A DNA stretch of 33,240 nt from a virus (taxonomy: Duplodnaviria; Heunggongvirae; Uroviricota; Caudoviricetes). The position numbers were made by a program, and so were the translations under genes. Position 1 is the stretch's first letter. Every line of letters starts with the position of its first letter. Shown one piece after another: positions 26,662 to 33,240 of the stretch. Location of the stretch: IMG/VR virus record IMGVR_UViG_2551306674_000008, one strand, 5' to 3'. The notes below the pieces were generated by a model, which worked only from the letters and a program-made list of their open reading frames with translations, did not search any database and was not told the origin of the DNA.

Positions 26662-27537
26662 ATGAGTGACTATCATCACGGCGTGCAGGTGCTGGAGATT
26701 AACGACGGCACCCGCGTCATTTCCACTGTATCCACTGCCATTGTCGGCATGGTCTGCACGGCCAGCGATGCGGATGCGGAAACCTTCCCCCTCAATAAAC
26801 CGGTGCTGATTACCAATGTGCAAAGCGCAATTGCAAAGGCCGGTAAAAAAGGCACGCTGGCGGCATCGTTGCAGGCTATCGCCGACCAGTCAAAACCGGT
26901 CACCGTTGTCGTGCGTGTGGAAGACGGCACCGGCGACGACGAGGAAACGAAACTCGCGCAGACCGTTTCCAATATCATCGGCACCACCGACGAAAACGGT
27001 CAGTACACCGGACTGAAAGCCCTGCTGGCGGCGGAGTCGGTAACCGGTGTTAAACCTCGCATTCTCGGTGTGCCGGGACTGGACACCAAAGAGGTGGCTG
27101 TTGCACTGGCATCAGTCTGTCAGAAGCTGCGCGCTTTCGGGTATATCAGCGCATGGGACTGTAAAACCATTTCCGAGGTGAAAGCCTACCGTCAGAATTT
27201 CAGCCAGCGTGAGCTGATGGTCATCTGGCCGGATTTCCTCGCATGGGATACGGTCGCCAGTACCACCGCCACCGCGTATGCCACCGCCCGTGCGCTGGGC
27301 CTGCGCGCTAAAATCGACCAGGAGCAGGGCTGGCATAAAACGCTGTCCAACGTCGGGGTAAACGGTGTTACCGGCATCAGTGCCTCTGTATTCTGGGATT
27401 TGCAGGAGTCCGGCACCGATGCTGACCTGTTGAACGAGTCAGGTGTCACAACGCTGATTCGCCGTGACGGTTTCCGCTTCTGGGGTAACCGTACCTGCTC
27501 TGATGACCCGCTGTTCCTCTTTGAAAACTACATATAA
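26662..27537 (+). pseudogene. FI: tail sheath gene FI, 3'-truncated (291 codons of about 396)
   Basis: N-terminal 290 aa read as a normal P2 sheath up to ...RRDGFRFWGNRTCSDDPLFLFENY, then I and a stop; the downstream sequence continues in another frame as tape-measure protein. Confidence 0.8.
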
Positions 27538-29650
27538 CCGCCTGACGGACTCCGTTAAACGCCAGCAGCGGGAACTGGCCGCTGTGGGAATTAATACCCG
27601 CAATCTTGCACATGATGAGCAGGGACTGAAAAACCGTATCAGTGAAACCACCGCACAGCTTAACCGTCAGCGTGACGCACTGGCGCGTGTCAGTGCACAA
27701 CAGGCAAAACTTAACGCAGTCAAACAGCGTTATCAGGCAGGCAAGGAACTGGCCGGAAATATGGCCTCAGTGGGCGCTGCCGGTGTGGGGATTGCGGCGG
27801 CGGGAACGATGGCCGGAGTTAAGTTGCTGATGCCCGGTTATGAGTTTGCGCAGAAAAACTCAGAATTGCAGGCTGTGCTCGGTGTGGCAAAAGACTCCGC
27901 CGAAATGGCCGCGCTACGCAAGCAGGCGCGCCAGCTCGGCGACAATACCGCAGCCTCGGCAGATGATGCAGCCGGTGCGCAGATTATTATTGCGAAAGCC
28001 GGTGGGGATGTTGATGCCATTCAGGCGGCAACGCCGGTCACGCTGAATATGGCGCTGGCGAACCGTCGCACGATGGAAGAAAACGCCGCCCTGCTGATGG
28101 GGATGAAATCCGCCTTTCAGCTTTCAAACGATAAGGTCGCTCATATCGGGGATGTTCTCTCCATGACGATGAACAAAACCGCCGCCGATTTTGATGGCAT
28201 GAGCGATGCGCTGACCTATGCCGCACCTGTGGCAAAAAATGCCGGTGTCAGCATTGAAGAAACCGCCGCAATGGTCGGGGCACTGCATGATGCAAAAATT
28301 ACCGGTTCAATGGCGGGGACGGGAAGCCGTGCCGTGTTAAGCCGCCTGCAGGCACCGACGGGAAAAGCATGGGATGCACTGAAAGAGCTTGGCGTGAAAA
28401 CCTCAGACAGTAAAGGGAATACCCGACCAGTATTTACCATTCTGAAAGAAATGCAGGCCAGTTTTGAGAAAAACCGGCTCGGTACTGCCCAGCAGGCTGA
28501 ATACATGAAAACTATTTTCGGTGAGGAGGCCAGCTCAGCCGCCGCCGTGCTGATGACTGCCGCCTCAACCGGAAAGCTGGACAAACTGACCGCTGCGTTT
28601 AAAGCCTCAGACGGGAAGACCGCCGAGCTGGTAAATATCATGCAGGACAACCTCGGCGGTGACTTTAAGGAGTTTCAGTCCGCTTATGAGGCGGTGGGGA
28701 CTGACCTGTTTGACCAGCAGGAAGGCGCGCTGCGTAAGCTCACGCAGACGGCCACAAAGTATGTGTTAAAACTCGACGGCTGGATACAGAAAAACAAATC
28801 ACTGGCGTCAACCATCGGCCTCATTGTCGGTGGCGCACTGGCGCTTACTGGCATCATCGGTGCCATTGGTCTTGTAGCCTGGCCGGTTATCACCGGCATT
28901 AATGCCATCATCGCGGCAGCAGGCGCAATGGGGGCAATTTTCACGACGGTTGGCAGTGCTGTTATGACCGCCATCGGGGCGATTAGCTGGCCGGTTGTGG
29001 CTGTGGTGGCCGCTATTGTCGCCGGGGCGTTACTTATCCGTAAATACTGGGAGCCTGTCAGCGCATTCTTTGGCGGTGTGGTTGAAGGGCTGAAAGCGGC
29101 ATTTGCGCCGGTGGGGGAGCTGTTCACGCCACTTAAGCCGGTGTTTGACTGGCTGGGTGAAAAGTTACAGGCCGCGTGGCAGTGGTTTAAAAACCTGATT
29201 GCCCCGGTCAAAGCCACCCAGGACACCCTGAACCGTTGCCGTGACACGGGCGTCATGTTCGGGCAGGCACTGGCTGACGCGCTGATGCTGCCGCTTAATG
29301 CGTTCAACAAACTGCGCAGCGGTATTGACTGGGTACTGGAAAAACTCGGCGTCATCAACAAAGAGTCAGGCACGCTTGACCAGACCGCCGCCAGAACTCG
29401 TGCCGCCACGTATGGCACCGGTGGTTATATTCCGGCGACCAGCTCTTATGCTGGCTATCAGGCTTATCAGCCAGTTACGGCACCGGCTGGCCGCTCTTAT
29501 GTGGACCAGAGTAAAAACGAATATCACATCAGCCTGACGGGCGGTACTGCGCCGGGGACACAGCTCGACCGCCAGTTACAGGATGCGCTCGAAAAATACG
29601 AGCGGGATAAACGTGCGCGCGCCCGTGCCAGCATGATGCATGACGGTTAA
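27533..29650 (+). pseudogene. T: tail tape-measure gene T, 5'-truncated and fused out of frame to FI
   Basis: Long ORF (track 27464-29650) whose first about 23 codons are FI sequence read in another frame; no start codon or RBS at the junction; glycine/alanine-rich hydrophobic tape-measure segments; followed directly by U. Confidence 0.75.
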
Positions 29651-29664
29651 GGAGGTGACGAAAA

Positions 29665-30144
29665 ATGATGCTCGCGTTAGGTATGTTTGTTTTTATGCGC
29701 CAGACGCTGCCACACCAGACCATGCAGCGTGAATCAGATTATCGCTGGCCGTCAAATTCCCGTATCGGTAAACGGGATGCCTTTCAGTTTCTCGGTGTGG
29801 GTGAGGAAAACATCACGCTTGCCGGCGTGCTTTATCCCGAACTGACCGGCGGGAAGCTGACGATGACCACGCTCAGACTGATGGCAGAGGAAGGCCGGGC
29901 GTGGCCGTTGCTGGATGGCACCGGCATGATTTACGGCATGTATGTCATCAGCAGGGTGAGTGAAACAGGGAGTATTTTCTTTGCAGACGGCACACCCCGG
30001 AAAATTGATTTTACGCTGTCGCTCACCCGCGTTGATGAATCACTGGCCGCGCTTTATGGCGATATCGGTAAACAGGCGGAATCGCTCATCGGTAAGGCTG
30101 GCAGTATGGCGACCAGATTCACGGGTATGACGGGGGCGGGATAA
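29665..30144 (+). CDS. U: tail protein U (159 aa)
   Basis: 159 aa as in P2 gpU; GGAGG RBS. Confidence 0.85.
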   Translation: MMLALGMFVFMRQTLPHQTMQRESDYRWPSNSRIGKRDAFQFLGVGEENITLAGVLYPELTGGKLTMTTLRLMAEEGRAWPLLDGTGMIYGMYVISRVSETGSIFFADGTPRKIDFTLSLTRVDESLAALYGDIGKQAESLIGKAGSMATRFTGMTGAG

Positions 30145-31307
30145 TGCTGGATGCGCTGACATTTGATGCAGGCAGTACGCTGACGCCGGATTACATGCTG
30201 ATGCTCGACAGCAGGGATATTACCGGCAATATCAGTGACCGTCTGATGAGCATGACTCTGACGGATAACCGGGGCTTTGAGGCTGACCAGCTTGATATTG
30301 AACTGAACGATGCCGACGGGCAGGTTGGGCTGCCGGTTCGTGGCGCTGTCCTGACGGTGTATATCGGCTGGAAAGGTTTTGCCCTGGTATGCAAAGGGAA
30401 ATTCACCGTTGATGAGGTTGAACACCGGGGCGCGCCGGATGTGGTCACCATCCGCGCCCGGAGTGCAGATTTTCGCGGGACGCTCAATTCCCGCCGTGAA
30501 GGCTCATGGCATGACACCACGCTCGGTGCGATTGTTGAGGCGATAGCCTCCCGTAACAGGCTGGAAGCCAGTGTCGCTCCGTCACTGGCCGGAATTAAAA
30601 TCCCGCACATCGACCAGTCGCAGGAGTCTGATGCGAAATTTCTGACCCGTCTTGCAGAACGTAACGGCGGCGAGGTGTCGGTAAAAATGGGAAAACTGCT
30701 GTTTCTCAAAGCGGGGCAGGGGGTGACGGCCAGTGGTAAAAAAATCCCGCAGATTACCATCACCCGCAGCGACGGCGACCGTCATCATTTTGCGATTGCT
30801 GACCGTGGAGCTTACACCGGCGTAACGGCAAAGTGGTTACACACCAAAGACCCGAAACCACAAAAGCAGAAGGTAAAACTGAAACGCAAAAAGAAAGAAA
30901 AACACCTGCGCGCACTGGAGCACCCGAAAGCAAAACCGGTCACGCAGAAGAAAGCGCCAAAAGTACCGGAAGCGCGCGAAGGTGAATACATGGCCGGTGA
31001 GGCTGACAACGTTTTTGCCCTGACTACGGTATATGCCACGAAAGCGCAGGCCATGCGCGCCGCTCAGGCGAAGTGGGATAAACTGCAACGAGGTGTGGCG
31101 GAGTTCTCCATCAGCCTGGCTACCGGTCGGGCAGATATTTACACGGAAACACCGGTTAAAGTGTCAGGCTTTAAGCGCGTCATAGACGAGCAGGACTGGA
31201 CAATCACTAAGGTGACACATTTTCTGAATAATAGCGGCTTCACGACGTCCTTGGAGCTTGAGGTCAGGCTTTCTGATGTGGAGTACGAAACAGAATATAA
31301 TGAGTGA
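30144..31307 (+). CDS. D: tail protein D (387 aa)
   Basis: 387 aa as in P2 gpD; start overlaps the U stop. Confidence 0.85.
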   Translation: MLDALTFDAGSTLTPDYMLMLDSRDITGNISDRLMSMTLTDNRGFEADQLDIELNDADGQVGLPVRGAVLTVYIGWKGFALVCKGKFTVDEVEHRGAPDVVTIRARSADFRGTLNSRREGSWHDTTLGAIVEAIASRNRLEASVAPSLAGIKIPHIDQSQESDAKFLTRLAERNGGEVSVKMGKLLFLKAGQGVTASGKKIPQITITRSDGDRHHFAIADRGAYTGVTAKWLHTKDPKPQKQKVKLKRKKKEKHLRALEHPKAKPVTQKKAPKVPEAREGEYMAGEADNVFALTTVYATKAQAMRAAQAKWDKLQRGVAEFSISLATGRADIYTETPVKVSGFKRVIDEQDWTITKVTHFLNNSGFTTSLELEVRLSDVEYETEYNE

Positions 31308-31387
31308 TGTTTTTATTTTATCTGTTTGTTTTATAAGGATAAATTAACTAAATGGCACCATCAACAAAACCGGAAGAGGTGCTCGCG

Positions 31388-31606
31388 ATGTTTCATTGTC
31401 CTTTATGCCAGCATGCTGCACATGCGCGTACAAGCCGCTATATCACTGACACGACAAAAGAGCGTTATCACCAGTGTCAGAACGTGAATTGCAGCGCCAC
31501 GTTCATCACTTATGAGTCGGTACAGCGATACATCGTGAAGCCGGGAGAAGTCCACGCCGTAAGACCGCACCCGTTGCCGTCAGGGCAGCAAATTATGTGG
31601 ATGTAA
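31388..31606 (+). CDS. ogr: late gene transcriptional activator Ogr (72 aa, C4 zinc finger)
   Basis: ATG at 31388 with GGAAGAGG RBS; MFHCPLCQHAAHA...CQNVNC zinc-finger; 72 aa as in P2 Ogr (track ORF starts at 31352). Confidence 0.9.
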   Translation: MFHCPLCQHAAHARTSRYITDTTKERYHQCQNVNCSATFITYESVQRYIVKPGEVHAVRPHPLPSGQQIMWM

Positions 31607-31618
31607 TTACATACAGGA

Positions 31619-31643
31619 AGCCCCTCAGTCGAGGGGCTTTTTT
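31619..31643 (+). terminator. rho-independent terminator after ogr
   Basis: AGCCCCTC-AGTC-GAGGGGCT hairpin followed by TTTTTT. Confidence 0.85.
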
Positions 31644-31648
31644 GTCGA

Positions 31649-31667
31649 TGTGGTCAATGTGTGGACG
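31649..31667. promoter_or_regulatory. Candidate Int arm-type sites in the P arm: TGTGGTCA and TGTGGACG, 11 bp apart
   Basis: Same motif and same 11-bp spacing as the pair at 592-610 in the other arm. Confidence 0.45.
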
Positions 31668-31707
31668 TGACCAGAAATAAATCCTTTTATTTCATTGTAT
31701 TACGCGT

Positions 31708-31734
31708 AAAAAATAAGCCCGTGTAAGGGAGATT
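31708..31734. repeat. attR core, AAAAAATAAGCCCGTGTAAGGGAGATT
   Basis: Exact 27-bp copy of 477-503. Confidence 0.85.
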
Positions 31735-31878
31735 ACACAGGCTAAGGAGGTGGTTCCTGGTACAGCTAGCATTTTATGGGTTATGTTTTTCAGCGAAACG
31801 GATGATAACCTTAATAAATGCAGCTGTATGTGATCGGTTTCTAAGAATTTTCCATCCGGGAAAAATAATCGAAATTAA

Positions 31879-33240
31879 TCACTTACCGTGGGGATTACGC
31901 GTGGTTTCCCCGGAGAAATTACGCATCAGCAGCGCGTAATTGAGCTCAAGATCCTGCGGGACCGGGAGCCACACAGTATAACCATCGCCTGGTGCTATCG
32001 GCATAGCTTCGCCTTTGGCGTTTTCCATGTGCTCAAGGGTAAAATTAATGTTGCCTTGCGGCGTCATCAGCTCAAGGCTGTCGCCAACGGAGAATTTATT
32101 TTTCACCGCTACCGCCGCGAGGTCCCCCTTGCGCTCACCGGTAAACTCACCAACAAACTGCTGGCGGTCAGAAACTGAATAACCGTATTCGTAGTTCTGA
32201 TAATCGTCGTGAGTATGACGACGCAGGAAACCTTCGGTATAGCCACGATGCGCCAGACCTTCCAGAGTTTCCAGCAGGCTGGTATCGAACGGTTTTCCCG
32301 CAGCGGCGTCATCGATAGCTTTGCGGTAAACCTGTGCGGTGCGTGCACAATAGTAGAAAGATTTGGTACGACCTTCGATTTTCAGCGAATGCACGCCCAT
32401 TTTGGTCAGGCGTTCTACATGGGCGATGGCGCGCAGATCTTTCGAGTTCATGATGTAAGTGCCGTGCTCATCTTCAAACGCGGTCATATACTCGCCCGGA
32501 CGCTGGGCCTCTTCGATCATAAACACTTTGTCGGTTGGTGCGCCGATACCCAGCGTCGGCTCAACATTTTGCACCGGAATCGGCTCGTACTTGTGTACGA
32601 TGTTGCCAACATCATCTTCTTTCCCTTCCTGGACGTTGTACTCCCAGCGGCAGGCGTTGGTGCAGGTGCCCTGGTTCGGGTCGCGCTTGTTGATATAGCC
32701 AGAGAGCAGGCAGCGACCGGAGTAGGCCATGCACAGCGCGCCGTGAACGAAGATCTCGATCTCCATATCCGGCACCTGATTGCGGATCTCTTCAATCTCT
32801 TCCAGCGACAGCTCGCGAGAGAGGATCACGCGGGTCAGGCCCATTTGCTGCCAGAATTTCACCGTCGCCCAGTTCACGGCGTTAGCCTGCACCGAAAGGT
32901 GGATCGGCATTTCAGGGAAGTGCTCACGCACCAGCATAATCAGCCCTGGATCGGACATAATCAGCGCATCCGGCCCCATTTCCACCACCGGTTTCAGGTC
33001 ACGGATAAAGGTTTTCAGCTTGGCGTTGTGCGGTGCAATGTTGACCACGACATAAAACTTTTTCCCCAGCGCGTGGGCTTCATTGATGCCGAGCTGAAGA
33101 TTTTCGTGGTTGAATTCGTTGTTGCGCACACGCAGGGAATAACGCGGCTGGCCCGCATAAACAGCATCTGCGCCATAAGCGAAAGCGTAACGCATATTTT
33201 TCAGCGTTCCCGCCGGGGAAAGGAGTTCCGGTTTAAACAT
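31879..33240 (-). CDS. yegQ: peptidase U32-family protein (453 aa), right chromosomal flank
   Basis: Full-length ORF ending exactly at the window edge; N-terminus MFKPELLSPAGTLKNMRYAFAYGADAVYAG typical of U32-family proteins; recognised from memory as E. coli YegQ. Confidence 0.8.
   Translation of the reverse strand: MFKPELLSPAGTLKNMRYAFAYGADAVYAGQPRYSLRVRNNEFNHENLQLGINEAHALGKKFYVVVNIAPHNAKLKTFIRDLKPVVEMGPDALIMSDPGLIMLVREHFPEMPIHLSVQANAVNWATVKFWQQMGLTRVILSRELSLEEIEEIRNQVPDMEIEIFVHGALCMAYSGRCLLSGYINKRDPNQGTCTNACRWEYNVQEGKEDDVGNIVHKYEPIPVQNVEPTLGIGAPTDKVFMIEEAQRPGEYMTAFEDEHGTYIMNSKDLRAIAHVERLTKMGVHSLKIEGRTKSFYYCARTAQVYRKAIDDAAAGKPFDTSLLETLEGLAHRGYTEGFLRRHTHDDYQNYEYGYSVSDRQQFVGEFTGERKGDLAAVAVKNKFSVGDSLELMTPQGNINFTLEHMENAKGEAMPIAPGDGYTVWLPVPQDLELNYALLMRNFSGETTRNPHGK

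Larger units (their letters stand above)
477..31734. mobile_element. P2-like integrated prophage (attL core to attR core)
   Basis: Identical 27-bp direct repeats at both ends; integrase adjacent to left repeat and ogr adjacent to right repeat as in a P2 lysogen; P2 gene order and lengths throughout; intact cos site internally. Confidence 0.9.

Noticed and set aside
27464-27532. The first about 23 codons of the 728-aa track ORF as a genuine N-terminus of the tape-measure protein
   Set aside because: This stretch is the 3' end of the sheath gene FI read in another frame; the FI frame is the conserved one up to the junction and there is no start codon or RBS there.
28216-29418. Long minus-strand ORFs (144 and 244 aa) inside the tape-measure gene
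   Set aside because: Antisense to the alanine/glycine-rich tape-measure coding sequence; serine/alanine/proline-rich shadow translations.
1-33240. CRISPR arrays, insertion sequences or transposase genes
   Set aside because: No regularly spaced short repeats and no transposase-like ORF or terminal inverted repeats; the only tandem repeats are the coding repeats in H.

Overview
This window is a complete P2-like (Peduovirus) prophage of an Escherichia/enterobacterial chromosome, about 31.3 kb, integrated between two host genes I recognise from memory as yegR (1-318, +) and yegQ (31879-33240, -). It is bounded by a directly repeated 27-bp att core (477-503 and 31708-31734). Gene order and protein lengths follow P2 almost exactly: int, C, cox, an early replication block (B, four small ORFs, A), cos, Q, P, O, N, M, L, X, Y, K, lysA/B/C, R, S, V, W, J, I, H, G, FI, T, U, D, ogr. 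Three things deviate from the P2 backbone. (1) Between A and cos, where P2 carries tin/old, there is an AT-rich Type II restriction-modification cassette: a PD-(D/E)xK-like endonuclease candidate, an HTH controller protein and a divergent cytosine-5 DNA methyltransferase. (2) Between G and FI, at the Z/fun position, there is a strongly AT-rich minus-strand operon of a ParA/MinD-type deviant-Walker-A ATPase plus two proteins with no motif I can recognise. This is my best candidate for an undescribed phage-defence or exclusion system. (3) The tail module has an internal deletion: the sheath gene FI is truncated and joined out of frame to an N-terminally truncated tape-measure gene T, and the tube and chaperone genes (FII, E/E') are absent, so the prophage is predicted to be tail-defective. 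Gene names are assigned by order and length against my memory of P2, not by database search. Coordinates of CDSs follow the supplied ORF track (with starts trimmed where a better start is visible); hand-indexed motifs may be off by 1-2 bp.
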